NCBI GenBank assembly: GCA_002245135.1
Contig: NGBS01000600.1
Location: 62,001-126,000 of the forward strand
Source of the DNA: Proteromonas lacertae
Taxonomy: Eukaryota
Reading direction: 5' to 3'
Length of the DNA stretch: 64,000 nt
This document shows, in pieces, positions 42,534 through 54,489 of the stretch; position 1 is the first letter of the stretch, and each line of letters starts with the position of its first letter. A model generated the notes under the pieces. It was not told where the DNA came from. It was given only the letters and a program-made list of their open reading frames with translations, and did not search any database. A program made the translations under genes and the position numbers.

Positions 42534-43693
42534 TTATAGTTTATATAGTTTTGCTTTTTCTTTTTCTTTCAGGTGTAGCAGTTCTTTATATGTATATAAT
42601 ACTTTACCTTTTAAATGATGTATGCCAAATTCTTCTTTATAAGGATATTTACATGAACTTGTTATTTCCTTATATGTTACTTTACATTGTAAATTAAAAT
42701 AGGATATATTCATTCCTTTAGAATTTAATCTATGAATTAGCCATGCAATATGTTGATCATCCATTCTAATTATATTCTTTTCATTAACTGATTCTTTATA
42801 TATTACATTTGATAAATAACTGTGCCATAAAGTAAATGATCCTGTATAATAATCTACATCATTTTCTTTTAACTTTTTTAAATAATACTCTTTAATATCA
42901 ACATGACTACTATATTTGTAATTTTGTTTAAATATAAGTTTTAAATGGTTATAAACCTTGCAGACATAAAACATATATTTTTTATTTTCGTTTCTTTTTA
43001 AAAGATTTAATAGTCTAGAAAAATTAATGTACTGATCTGCATCTATTTTTCCATAATATTTAGCTGAAGGACATATTATTGGTAGAATTTTATGTAAGTA
43101 AAGAGTGAATAGAGTTTCATTTACAAATGATTCTTGAATTGGCATTTGTGACATATCTTTATATATTAAACATTCTATTTCATATTGCTTTTGGCAAACT
43201 TGAGTTGTATATCCTATAAAGAAGCGAAATTGAACTGATTTATCTACACTTTCATAGACTTTTCTGACTGCCATCCTATCTTCTAGCTGATCACATGATG
43301 TAATTACTGATATCAAAATAATTGTAGAGTTTTTGCATATGACTTTATTATTATATTCTGTAGAATATTTGTAAGGATAAATACCTGGAATGTCTTTTTT
43401 GGTATAATTTTTCCATAAATCTTTTTTATAATATTTTAAAAGACATTTAAGCATACACGAATCATTTAGACAATTTATAGATTTAATGTATGTTATTCGA
43501 AAATTACTTAGTATAAGGGAGACTTTAGATTGAAATAATTGGAAGCTGTATCTTTTCAATATTATTAATGATAATTGTATTGAAATTACAACCGCAATAA
43601 AGAAAAAAATAAAAAAACAACAGAATATTGTTGAGATATGAATCACAAATCTACAATTACTCAATTTGTATATTACCTTTTTCAAATTTTCAT
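42534..43693 (-). CDS. GT31-family (beta-1,3-galactosyltransferase-like) glycosyltransferase; likely ATG at 43693 needs a 1-nt indel in an A/T run
   Basis: N-terminal TM segment. Motifs VITS...EDRMAVR, FFIG, YYGKIDADQYIN (DxD), YYTG and MDDQHIA fit GT31. ORF track starts at TTG; an ATG lies 8 nt upstream out of frame. Confidence 0.75.
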
Positions 43694-44368
43694 CTGTAAA
43701 TTGATTTAAACTGCTTTATTTTAATTTCAACAGTTAAATGTTTTATTCCTAACTACAGTTTATATTTTGGAATTTTTGTTCTTTTCAGTTTATATTTTTT
43801 ATGCTTGTATTAGTCTATATATGAAACATTTGAAACAACTGCTCAAAAAGAGTTAAAATTTCAGTCCTTGCAAGAGAGTAAATGGTAAAAATAATACACT
43901 TGCCTTAATCAATATTGCATGTGTATAGAGATGAACACTAACCCTAACCCTTCCCATAAATTTGTCAGAGGATGCTACATTTCTTAATTGATAAGATATA
44001 TCTACTTCTATTCGTATTGTTTTGGGGAATTAAAATAATGAAATTTTGAATATAAAAGAGCCAAACTTTTATCGAGCTTTTTAAAATTCAAAATACACTC
44101 AAACTTGATTTGTGTTTTAAATAAAACTACAATTATCAAGGTAATTCAAATAAAAATCAAGGTAATTTTCTCCTATATACTAACATATACAACCATAAAA
44201 ATGAAGAAAATCAAGCAAAAAATACAAAATAAAATATATCGAACTTTTGGGGTTTGTGTAATACAATATGTTGTATTTCTTCATTTTATTGTGTAGGGCG
44301 AAAAGCTTCAAGATCTACTGCTTTCTTATAGTTTCTTTTTCCAAATAAATCATTCATTCAGTATAATT

Positions 44369-46081
44369 TTATTTGTAATATGATTTTATACATTTACTTT
44401 TTATATGATACCAATTGTATGGAATCATGTTGTTATATATTATAAAACTATTACAAGTGAAATTCTTATTAGTTTTTGAAGGAAATAATTTATATATATC
44501 ATATTTTACTTCATTTGATATATCACTTAGAAATGATGGACTTAAATGATTATCATCACTATAAATGCATCTATTATTGTATGTTAAATTGCATGTTTTA
44601 TCATTACAGTAATATTTCGACAGATCTTTCAGAATCACATAGTTATTATATTTTACATTTAATACAAACGGAGATAAAGTAATATTATAATCTATCACCG
44701 CAATCTTATTTTTCATTTGTATTATACAATCTATGGAATAATTAAATGTTGGAGTGGGTTTATATACAATTACATATTTGCTTTTTGACTTTAAATAGTT
44801 AACATAATTAGTATAATACTTAGTTATATTTTCAACTGATATTGAACAATATTTAAATGAAATCATATTCAATGTAATAATTAAATACGATTTATGTTTT
44901 ATATCATGAATATAATTTACAAAATTTTGTAATATCCAATTTATATTAACATACTTCCAAAATATATGAACTTTTTTTTTACATATCTTAAGTAATATAT
45001 GAATAAGATATCTGTATGCATGAGAATCGCCAATTACTAGTATATCATTATTATTATAGATATAAATATCACAGCAATTATTAGTAATGCTTTTATATAT
45101 ATTCATTTCTTTTTTAAATATTTTACTTTTTGATAATTTAAATGAATAACCTCTACAAAAAGTATAATACAATAATACAATAATAATGTTATATACAATC
45201 TTTTTATTCTTTAAAAATATAATTATTCTCTTTTCTATTGAATTAAGTATGAAACAAAATGGCATAAAAACAAGTAATAATTTAAGTGATTTATATTTTA
45301 CATACAAAGGATAATGAATAAGATACAATGCATATGATAAATTTCCTAGTTTTTCAATGACAGAAATATTAATACACTGACATTCATTTACTAAATAAAG
45401 AACAGCAATAAATAATATAGCTAAATTAGATAAATAAAGATTGTAAAAAGTGTAACTAAGTAAATATATCAGTAAAATAGTGGCAAAATATTTTAAACAT
45501 CTGCTATTAATATTTCTTTTTAATAATGATAAATTACCTAACATATATTCATATAATCTTGATACTGTAGAATAATAAGCAAAACTACTATCTTGTATGT
45601 ATATAATTGTATAAATAATATAGAATAATATTATTAAACAAAAACTTTGATTATATAGCAATGGATATATAAAATAAAAGTGAATATCCATTGAAATATA
45701 CCAATAATGTAATAAAATTTTATTTGTATTTGATAAAAAATAATCATTACCAATATAATAATAATATAAATTGGAAGCAAATACTAATGCATTATTATAT
45801 TCATCAATTAGATTTAAAATACTATATTCATCGCAAATCGAATAATAGAAAAGATCATAAAACTGTACAAAATATGATAATATAATAATTCTTACAATTC
45901 TATTTATATAGAATGATAATATGGATTTTTTTTTTTCATATTGAGTGTATACTATAAAACCTGATATGAGAATAAAAATATCAACTCCTCTATAACCATT
46001 TTTTATAATTTTATAATGAAAAAATATAATAAAAGAAATGGAAATACCTCTTAGAATCTGTAAATCTTTTAGATATTTCAT
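44369..46081 (-). CDS. Acyltransferase-3 + SGNH domain O-acetyltransferase (OafA/OatA-like)
   Basis: DLQILRGIS, GYRGVDIFILISGF and LLHYWYIS in a multi-TM N-half. C-terminal VIGDSHA (catalytic Ser block) and YSDDNHLS (DxxH). Confidence 0.88.
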   Translation of the reverse strand: MKYLKDLQILRGISISFIIFFHYKIIKNGYRGVDIFILISGFIVYTQYEKKKSILSFYINRIVRIIILSYFVQFYDLFYYSICDEYSILNLIDEYNNALVFASNLYYYYIGNDYFLSNTNKILLHYWYISMDIHFYFIYPLLYNQSFCLIILFYIIYTIIYIQDSSFAYYSTVSRLYEYMLGNLSLLKRNINSRCLKYFATILLIYLLSYTFYNLYLSNLAILFIAVLYLVNECQCINISVIEKLGNLSYALYLIHYPLYVKYKSLKLLLVFMPFCFILNSIEKRIIIFLKNKKIVYNIIIVLLYYTFCRGYSFKLSKSKIFKKEMNIYKSITNNCCDIYIYNNNDILVIGDSHAYRYLIHILLKICKKKVHIFWKYVNINWILQNFVNYIHDIKHKSYLIITLNMISFKYCSISVENITKYYTNYVNYLKSKSKYVIVYKPTPTFNYSIDCIIQMKNKIAVIDYNITLSPFVLNVKYNNYVILKDLSKYYCNDKTCNLTYNNRCIYSDDNHLSPSFLSDISNEVKYDIYKLFPSKTNKNFTCNSFIIYNNMIPYNWYHIKSKCIKSYYK

Positions 46082-46415
46082 TAATACTTTCTAATAGATT
46101 TGCAGTTTTACATCACATTTCATTTTATTTAAATACTACTATTATTCCGTAATTAAGATATTGGTCAAATTTTAAAACATTTAGTATATGCAGGTATATA
46201 ATTGGAATAGAGGTTTCCTCGGTTCGTAACCAAGTATTAATATCTTCTCTTCCTCAGCTTCAAACACCTCATCGCACTACAAGTACTACAACTGACACCT
46301 GTATGGCAGCAGTCACAATTTAAGCAGCAGCAGCAACAACAACAATAAAAATAAGATACTCTTAGCGTTGTTGTGCATGCCGTCTAAACTATAATATTAT
46401 AAAAAGTACGGCAGA

Positions 46416-46662
46416 TGTTGTGCTCCTTTAGTCTATATTAGCTAAGTATGTATTTAGTTTGCTTCAAAAATTTCTAGAAAACAAACGGTGCAAATATTTA
46501 AACTATTTATATTATCAAAAAAGTATACTGCAGAGGTAGGTCATATAACAAAGTAAGTATAAAAGTAACAATATTTCATCAAGACAAGTAAGAATATACA
46601 TTTAGATTGTTTTAAAAGTGTGTGGTAGACAAACGGCCAACTATGACAAATAGCGCACAACA
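46416..46662. mobile_element. Fold-back element copy 2, internally deleted (left tip TGTTGTGC fused to a nearly complete right arm)
   Basis: 46427-46662 matches the copy-1 right arm (~41504-41740) with about two differences; TGTTGTGC at 46416. Confidence 0.88.
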
Positions 46663-46727
46663 ACTGATCTTTATTTGAAAAATATTGTAGTAGACATCGT
46701 TTAGCATAAGATATAGATTGAATATTA

Positions 46728-47825
46728 TTGATTGAGATTTGTAGTTTAGTATTTCTTTATTATTTATGTATCATATTCTCTTTTATTACATATAAATTTT
46801 ATATAAAAGGAAACTACAGTTGTGTTGATAATAAGTTATGTTTCAAAAATTTATCTATATCATATAGAAAATATACTTCATATTCATGTAATGAATTTCA
46901 TTCACTAAATATGCCATTTCATCCGAATCGAAAATGGAATAACCATCCTCACTTCATTGTTACAACAATATACTTCTATCCGTCAGAAGAAGCATTATCT
47001 AATTATATAAAATTCATTAATATCTTTTCTCTAGCAAATTCAGGAGAAACTTTACTGTTTATATCATTTAACTTAACTCTATATGAATATATTAGAGCAA
47101 ATAAAAATATAAGGGAAATAAAAAATGAAAACTATATATATCGGCATATAAAGTATTTAGATAAAGGATATAAGATATTCAAGTATATAAAAGGTAGTTA
47201 TTATTGTTACTTAATTTACACAAACATCACACAGAGCTACTTTAGCATTGATTATGTAAGAGGAAATTATTATACTAAGAATAAAATGAAACATCCATTT
47301 CGTGGTTACTATGCAGCAGGAACAAATTTATATTCTGTTCTTCCAAATTTATTAAATATATTTGATTATTACGATTTCTTTTTTAAATACGATTTTGATG
47401 ATAAACATAAAATTCCTCCTATTAATATAAAAGAATTTGCTTTTCAAAATATTAAAAAAGCAATGTGGTATCTGTTTGGTACATGCATTAAGTTAGATTC
47501 ATCTTTTATATGTGATAATATAAAAAATATGATGTTAGAATACACAATTAAAAAGAATTGCAACATAAATACATTTAATATTGTAAGTCTACTTACAGAA
47601 GAGTGTTTACATTTTCCAGGTTGGTTTTTAGGTATATGGTTAGGTCTATACAGCTCCATTGAGTTAAAAGAATTCAGTTACTTTTATATTACTTATGATA
47701 AGGGTATAAAATATTATAGATGGGGAGATCAACAATTTTATGTTAATTCGGCGTTGCTTTTCTCTGGAAGAAATAAAATATCCTATAATATAACCTATTC
47801 TGATTGCAAAAAAATTACAAAATGA
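46728..47825 (+). CDS. GT15-like (KRE2/KTR mannosyltransferase-related) glycosyltransferase; start uncertain
   Basis: N-terminal TM, YDFFFKYDFD (DxD-like) and GIKYYRWGDQ resembling the GT15 GxYxxRWGD motif. Paralogous to 53616-54485. No in-frame ATG before the TM. Confidence 0.6.
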   Translation: MIEICSLVFLYYLCIIFSFITYKFYIKGNYSCVDNKLCFKNLSISYRKYTSYSCNEFHSLNMPFHPNRKWNNHPHFIVTTIYFYPSEEALSNYIKFINIFSLANSGETLLFISFNLTLYEYIRANKNIREIKNENYIYRHIKYLDKGYKIFKYIKGSYYCYLIYTNITQSYFSIDYVRGNYYTKNKMKHPFRGYYAAGTNLYSVLPNLLNIFDYYDFFFKYDFDDKHKIPPINIKEFAFQNIKKAMWYLFGTCIKLDSSFICDNIKNMMLEYTIKKNCNINTFNIVSLLTEECLHFPGWFLGIWLGLYSSIELKEFSYFYITYDKGIKYYRWGDQQFYVNSALLFSGRNKISYNITYSDCKKITK

Positions 47826-47843
47826 ATAATATGGTGATTTAAC

Positions 47844-48899
47844 CTATATATTTTCAGTACATTTATGTCTTAAATCAACTATTTTAAATATATCAAAGAT
47901 GTTACTTATATTATGATATCCAATTATTTTAAATTTCTTTATTTTTCTATTACGAAAAGCACCTAAATTTAATCCCAACAACCCATACGTACTATATGGT
48001 GATATTAAATAAGAATCTGATTTAGAAAAGAAAATTAAATCGCCAATTAATTTGATAATTTGTGGTTTAGAATAATCTTTATCTGCTATATTTTTACTAT
48101 GCCAAGGTATAATGCTTTTATAGAATTTATAGACAGTATGATTAAGTAGATAAGTTATATTGATATTTGAATCACTCATCCAATATATTACATACTTCTT
48201 TTCGTTAAATAACTTCAATTCATTTTGCAGTTTCATCATAAGTCTTCTATTTAGATAACATTTTCTACTAAAGCAAATATCTCCAAATCTTATTTGAATT
48301 CCTAATGAATATATATCTTTTATATCTTTTATATATGTATCAACCATATTAACTATATGTTGTGGAAATTTAATATATTTATTATATAGAATATAGTTAA
48401 TTTCAACAGCTTTACTTAGCAGCGATAATTGTTTTGTATTTATTATCAATTTATTGGATATATATTTATTTATAAAGTATTTGTCATTAAGCGATGAAGG
48501 TATTATATCATGATGAGTATATAATTTTACATTATATTTGGCGGTAACTATTAGTTTAAATATTTTAAGATAGGAATGACAATACTTGTATGGTGTCAGA
48601 GTAAAAGATTGCGAATAATTTATATCACAAGTAATTTTATATTTATAATTTATAATGAAATATTTATAAGAATTACTCCAACCACATACTATTAATTACA
48701 ACAAAAATATACTATAAAGCTCTTTATTTGATATTATTGAGAATGCTAAAGCTGAAGATATTCCTGCCATTTTGTTTCCAAATCCAAAGCTATGTTTTAT
48801 ATTAACAATTATTCCACTGTTTTGAGTGTATCTTACATTACATAAATATACTGTACAGCATATTATAATGAATAATAATAAATGATAAAAATAAATCAT
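47844..48899 (-). CDS. Fucosyltransferase-like (GT-B; GT11/GT37/GT74-type motifs) protein; exons 48899-48713 and 48688-47844
   Basis: Signal anchor, GFGNK, LGIQIRFGD, YWMSDS and ISPYSTYG motifs. Removing a 24-nt intron fuses ORFs 48696-48899 and 47844-48449 into one open frame. Paralogous to 54490-55461. Confidence 0.75.
48689..48712 (-). other. Spliceosomal intron, 24 nt (GTATATTTTTGTTGTAATTAATAG)
   Basis: In frame but contains TAA. Splicing gives ELYICGWS, aligning to the paralogue's PIFIVGWR. Confidence 0.8.
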
Positions 48900-49013
48900 T
48901 TACTCATTTTAAATTTTACTATTACAATTAATATTACATAGAATAATATAGAATTTAGTGATATTCTATCCCTTCAATATAAGTAATATAAAAATTACTA
49001 AATTATTTCATTT

Positions 49014-49560
49014 CTATAGGATATTATATTTTTTATGTTTCTATTACAGTATTTACTTTCTATATATGATAGAATCATTTTCTTTGCATTGCTACATACA
49101 AATGAAACATCCAATTTAAGACATGTGCCAAAGAGATACCATCTATTATGATAGTGCTTTTTATCAAAATCATATTTGAAAAAGAAATCATAATAATCAA
49201 ATATTCTTAATAAATATGGTTGAACAGAGTATAATAATCAAATACTGCATAATATCCAGAAAAACTGAATTTTTTTAAATTGTTAGTCCAGTGATGCTTT
49301 TTAAGAAATGTACAAGTAAAGCAATATTGCTGAATATTAGTATATAAAATATAACAGCATGAATTGTTTTCTTGATATTTAAATATCAATAGTAAATACT
49401 ATAAATCTAGGTTTTTTATTCCATTTGCATGAAATGATAAACGAAGAAAATTAAAATCATTACAGAGTATGGTAATATTTTATTATTGGATAATGACAAG
49501 TTTTTAAAACATAGATTAATTTGTATAAAAAGACTAATTATTATTAGAAGAATAAATATA
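49014..49560 (-). pseudogene. Decayed paralogue of the GT15-like genes
   Basis: Fragments CYILYTNIQQ, FSGYYA, YDF...KYDFD and WYLFGTCLKLDVSFVCSNAKKM match 46728-47825 but are interrupted by stops, indels and deletions, and lack the RWGD C-terminus. Confidence 0.75.
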
Positions 49561-49615
49561 ATTTGTATAAGGCTTTTGTAATTATTTGATGCCAATATCG
49601 TTGGAATAGGTTTAA

Positions 49616-51457
49616 TTATATAATATACTGCTTGCGAGAATAATTTAAGTTTGACTGCAATATTTTATTTAATAACACATATAAATTATGTCTTTCAATA
49701 TAACAATATGATATATTGTTTATATACACTGTTTGCATACTATGTGACATTATTTGAATACTCTTATATATATATGTTTTCATCAATTTAGTAAAACAAT
49801 CTGTAAGATGATGATAATCACTATAAATTGGAAAACCATCTTTATACATTGAACATTTACTCTTATTGCAATAAAATTTTGTGAGATTTACATATATAAG
49901 ATTCTTAATGTTAATAATTGGTTGTGGATCAATGGTACAATTTCTATTAATTATGCAATAGAAATTATTATGCTTTTCATTTATTGAATAAAAAATCTTT
50001 GGATTAAATTGCAGGGATGGATTATCCACAATAATAATAATTTTGTGCGTAATGTTTGATAAGTAATAATTAAGAGAAATTAAATTATCAATGTATAAAT
50101 TGTTCCTTAATTTAGGATTAGAATAAAAACATTCAAATACATATCTAGGATGTCCTATATCTTCTACAACCGCTTTGACTATCCAAAACTTATCACTAAA
50201 AAAGTAATTTATCCAAAATACTAAAAATAAAACGAGTAAGCCAATAGACGAATAGAGCGGTAAGAGAATTTCATTCCATTGCCTCATATGAGAATCTCCA
50301 AGTAAAAGAATGTATTTGTTGTTTATGTTTCTTTCTTTGTAGTTTCTGCTATAAAATATACATTCTCCAGTTATTTTAATATCATTAGAATGAGAAGGTT
50401 TACAACCAATTGAATTGAATTTTTTATTTTTATAATTGTTATACGAAATAAATTGAAGATATGTTATTGTTATGATACTCAATAAACTGAAGCAAAATAC
50501 AATTTTTGCAGAATGATTTAATGAAATAAAATAATTTTCAATAAAATAAAAGCAGATTATACTAATAACTAAAATATTAATTAAAGATAATTTTGGTCTA
50601 TATATCAATAAAGGATAGTGTATAATATAAAATGAATACGATAATGATCCTAAAAATTGAAATAATTTTAAAGAAAATAAAGAATTATCATTAGGATGGT
50701 GAATTAAAATTAAAAATACTGTTATTAAAGGTAGTATCATCTTATAACTTGGATAGCCACCTACACTACATTTATAGCTGCTAAATATCCACATTGCAAT
50801 AATAATATTATCATATAAAAATTGAAATCTAATTTTGTTAAAATCATAATTAATATAATTCATAAATGATCCGAATAATAATTCATTTAATCTTGTTTCA
50901 AAAGCAAAGTATGAATAGTTTACATTTTTATAACTTATACATAGCGAATATGAAAATGAAATAATAAAGAGGATAAATAGAGAGTTTTTTGTTAATATAA
51001 TTTTTAGTATATAGGGCCAAATTAAATAGAATTGATTTTCAACAGATAAAGACCAATAATGCAGCAAAGGAGTTGATCCTATAGAATTAGATTGCTCTAA
51101 ATAATTTACTGATAGATAGTAAAAATAATAATTAGCGAAAGAATACAGACATGATAATATTTCTTTTGACCTTTTATATGAAATGAAAGGGTTAGATTGA
51201 GACGATATATATATTATTATTAAAACTAAGTATGACATTGGTTGTAGTCGAAGAATTCTTCCTTTAAAAAATGATAAATAATAGTATTTTTTTTTCATTC
51301 GTCTTCTTAAACTTCCTGTTATGAAAAACCCTGATAATATAAAAAATATATCTACACCTATAAATCCTCCTCTAAAGTATTTATTATTTTTATGATAATA
51401 GAAAACAAAAATATAAGCAAAAAATCTGACTGATTGTAAATCGTATCTAAATTTCAT
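49616..51457 (-). CDS. Acyltransferase-3 + SGNH domain O-acetyltransferase (OafA/OatA-like), second copy; start set at MKFRYDLQ
   Basis: RYDLQSVR, GGFIGVDIFFILSGF, RILRLQP, PLLHYWSLSVENQFY, LSYSFYIIHYP, LLGDSHM and YSDYHHLT. Start aligned to the paralogue's MKYLKDLQ. Confidence 0.9.
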   Translation of the reverse strand: MKFRYDLQSVRFFAYIFVFYYHKNNKYFRGGFIGVDIFFILSGFFITGSLRRRMKKKYYYLSFFKGRILRLQPMSYLVLIIIYISSQSNPFISYKRSKEILSCLYSFANYYFYYLSVNYLEQSNSIGSTPLLHYWSLSVENQFYLIWPYILKIILTKNSLFILFIISFSYSLCISYKNVNYSYFAFETRLNELLFGSFMNYINYDFNKIRFQFLYDNIIIAMWIFSSYKCSVGGYPSYKMILPLITVFLILIHHPNDNSLFSLKLFQFLGSLSYSFYIIHYPLLIYRPKLSLINILVISIICFYFIENYFISLNHSAKIVFCFSLLSIITITYLQFISYNNYKNKKFNSIGCKPSHSNDIKITGECIFYSRNYKERNINNKYILLLGDSHMRQWNEILLPLYSSIGLLVLFLVFWINYFFSDKFWIVKAVVEDIGHPRYVFECFYSNPKLRNNLYIDNLISLNYYLSNITHKIIIIVDNPSLQFNPKIFYSINEKHNNFYCIINRNCTIDPQPIINIKNLIYVNLTKFYCNKSKCSMYKDGFPIYSDYHHLTDCFTKLMKTYIYKSIQIMSHSMQTVYINNISYCYIERHNLYVLLNKILQSNLNYSRKQYII

Positions 51458-51499
51458 TATTTTGAAGTTTGTTATATATATAGAAATTAAGAAGTATAA

Positions 51500-52643
51500 A
51501 TGTATTTTTTTATTATCACTAATAGTAGTTATTAAATATATTTTCAATCTTTCATGTTTAACTCTAATTGATCAACATAATTTACTAAAAGAAAAAGTTA
51601 TACCATTTAGTAGAGTGATAATGAACAAATTGTATATAAGCAATTCATATTATGATGTAAGATTTAATGTAATACGAATTTTAATTTCTTATGATCCGTA
51701 TGATGAATATAAATTTAAGATAAAATATAATAAAGGAAATGAACTGAATTATTCTATAATTACATATGATAAATGCATACCATCAGAAAAGAATTTTAAA
51801 TTAAAATATGGAAATATAATTGTTAAAAGTGAGAATATTTATAATAGATTATACATAATAAATGGAAATATGTATCATACAGTTTTAATTAATAATATAG
51901 TAAAATATAATTCTTTTCATTCAATTACTTGGTGCTTAACCTCTCTAAGAAATCGTTATGATGCAATAATACAATTTAATCAAACAATTAATTTATCCTT
52001 AAAATATAAAGTAGATAGGATTATACTATACTACTCTGATGTTAGCGATAGAATTATGAATTTAATCAAGAAGTATGAAGAAAAAGGAATTATTATATCA
52101 TATTATTTTATAGAGAATTCTGAATCGTGTAATATGAAAATATGCGGAAAGTTGCTTCAACTTAATGATTGCTTATACAAGTCACTATATAACTCTAAAT
52201 ATATTCTAAATATCGATATAGATGAAATAGTTATTCCAAAGATTCATAGCAATTATTTATCATTATTAAAATATAGTAATAACATCTATCCTAATGTAAA
52301 TATGTTTATATTTTATACAAAATTATGCATAAAGTCAACATTAATTTATAAAGAGGAAAGAAAAACTCCTGAACAATACTTAAAATTACCTAGAGTTATG
52401 GATTCAGATATATATAGCATTAGAAATTGTTGCAAAATATCTGTTGTAAAAACAGCTTGTAGCAAATATATAATTAAACCAACAACAATTGAAGCATTAT
52501 GGTTACATGATATATGGAGTGGTAAATATAATTATACAATTATTCCTATTGATGTTGCTTATACTAGACATACAAGACATTTATCTTATGGATTAATAAA
52601 TGTTTGTTCTAATTATTCAATTGATGAAATTAATATAGAGTAA
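51500..52643 (+). CDS. GT92-family glycosyltransferase; probable ATG at 51500 with a 1-nt insertion in a T7 run
   Basis: QLNDCLYK, YILNIDIDEIVIP, KYIIKP...WLH and AYTRH motifs. Paralogous to 55480-56637 and 58429-59582. Confidence 0.75.
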
Positions 52644-52974
52644 AATGACTTGTTGAGAAATTGATTTACATATAATAATAATTGTAATTATCAAAATCAA
52701 TAACTATAGTTATTTTCGTGTTATTGATGGAGATAGGTTAAAACCTTCGGTTTTGCCTTGACTATATACTAATACTGTTGTACAATTAAAGCCACTTTTA
52801 ATGGTTTCATAGGCGCTATAATAAATAATATATTGCATATAATTCAGTTAATTTATATCTTGGTTATTATATCAACTAATTTGGCGGCTTTTCAACCAAT
52901 TACACATAATTATTTTATATATGAAATTACTATGGCTAAATATAGCATAAGTAGTGCTTTTAGTTCAGTTAAAC

Positions 52975-53313
52975 AGCAGAAATGTTTTCTAGCAACTTTT
53001 ATACAATCTAAATAGCAACTTTTCTAGCAGCTTTTAAACACATTTTTTACAATTTCTTATTTTTATGTTTTACTCACTACTGGAGACTAATATTCATTAG
53101 CTGAGATGAATACAAATATAAAACTTTCATGTTAAGACTCTTAAAATGAAAATAATGGAATCAAACCTAATTCAAGCCTATTTTTTCATTTCTATTTTAA
53201 ATAGAAAGATGTAATATTTTCCTTATTATATTCATTTCAGCTAGTATATTTCAGTCTATATTAGTGAAATCTACAATTATTTAAATGGCTTATTCATACA
53301 AACGGTCTACAAC
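52975..53313 (-). mobile_element. Old degenerate copy of the fold-back element (spacer in opposite orientation)
   Basis: 53085-53264 (GACTAA..CATTAGCTGA...TTAAAATGAAAA...TCAAGCCTATTTTTT...ATAGAAAGAT...TTTCAGCTA...AGTCTATATTAG) aligns to the reverse complement of the element centre. TGTTTTCTAG upstream and ACAAACGG...ACAACA downstream are arm remnants. Confidence 0.7.
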
Positions 53314-53615
53314 AATCTTTTATAATAGTGGTTCTAATATAACTTTATGAAATTACATATTTATCAATCTATATATCAGTTTTTTCTTTTATATCTAACA
53401 TTCTTAGTATTTTCTTTTTTTTAATTTTTTCATATATTATCTATATTAATATAATAAAGAATTATTCAATTTCAGCAAATAATTATATAATAATATCACC
53501 ATCAATTCTTATTTATAATAAATCATATGGATTAAATACTGTTAGTTGTAGAAAAAAAGAAAAATATATATCTTATACAAGCAATAGGAAAAGAACAAAA
53601 TATAACGTAGCAATT

Positions 53616-54485
53616 ATGCCAATATTATTATGGTACAAATTAGATTACTTAATAAAAGCTTTTTATCATGCAATTGAATTAGTAAAGAGTTTGTGTAACA
53701 AAAAAAATGACATGATAGTTTATGCAATATTAACTATTGATATATTATTATTTATTATTATTTCAAATCAAAATTGCACTAAATATAGGATATGTAATTA
53801 CTTTCTTAAATTAGATTTTTCATATAAGTTGTATAACATTCATGGTGATTTAAATTGTTCAATTTTATATAGCTCTATTAAACAAAATATTTTTCCAAAC
53901 AGCTTTATTAAAAGAAGTATTTTAACCCCATTTAATGAGAGTATTTTTTCTGGTAGATATGCTTCTGCAGTAAATTTATATCCTGCCCTTCCTTTTATGC
54001 TAAATATATTTGATTATTTTGATTTTGTAATTAAATATGATATTGATAATAAAGTTAGCAATATTTCTTTGGATATTAACATTTCATATGTTGTAAATTA
54101 TCAGTATGAATTATCAGGATGTAATATTGCACAAGATAATAAAATATTAAGCTCAAATGTATTTAAAATGATATTTATGTATTTATCTAATTTGTCAAAG
54201 CAATGCAATGATTCAGTATTTGGGAAAGGATTTACTGAAAATTTTATCCAAAACGAAAATGAAGTATTGCACGGTAGATTGACAATTGCATGGCTTGGTT
54301 TGTACAACTCTCCAGAAGTTTATGATTTTTATAATTTTTATAGTTCATTTAAAGAAGGAATATATAAATATCGATGGGGAGATCAACAATTTAATTTAAA
54401 TACTTTGTTACTCTTTTCAGAGAGAAAGAAGTTTAGTTTGTTAAATACTAAACTATGTAAAATGCACGATATTAAAATGTTTTAA
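53616..54485 (+). CDS. GT15-like glycosyltransferase paralogue
   Basis: FSGRYASAVNLY, NIFDYFDFVIKYDID, WLGLYNS and GIYKYRWGDQQF align with 46728-47825. Confidence 0.65.
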   Translation: MPILLWYKLDYLIKAFYHAIELVKSLCNKKNDMIVYAILTIDILLFIIISNQNCTKYRICNYFLKLDFSYKLYNIHGDLNCSILYSSIKQNIFPNSFIKRSILTPFNESIFSGRYASAVNLYPALPFMLNIFDYFDFVIKYDIDNKVSNISLDINISYVVNYQYELSGCNIAQDNKILSSNVFKMIFMYLSNLSKQCNDSVFGKGFTENFIQNENEVLHGRLTIAWLGLYNSPEVYDFYNFYSSFKEGIYKYRWGDQQFNLNTLLLFSERKKFSLLNTKLCKMHDIKMF

Positions 54486-54489
54486 AATA

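Noticed and set aside
46180..46245. tRNA-like T-arm (CTCGGTTCGTAACCAAG)
   Set aside because: No convincing D arm or anticodon arm can be folded.
51458..51547. N-terminal extension of the acetyltransferase ORF overlapping the GT92 gene
   Set aside because: The paralogue aligns from MKFRYDLQ at 51457; the extension is antisense to the neighbour's start region.
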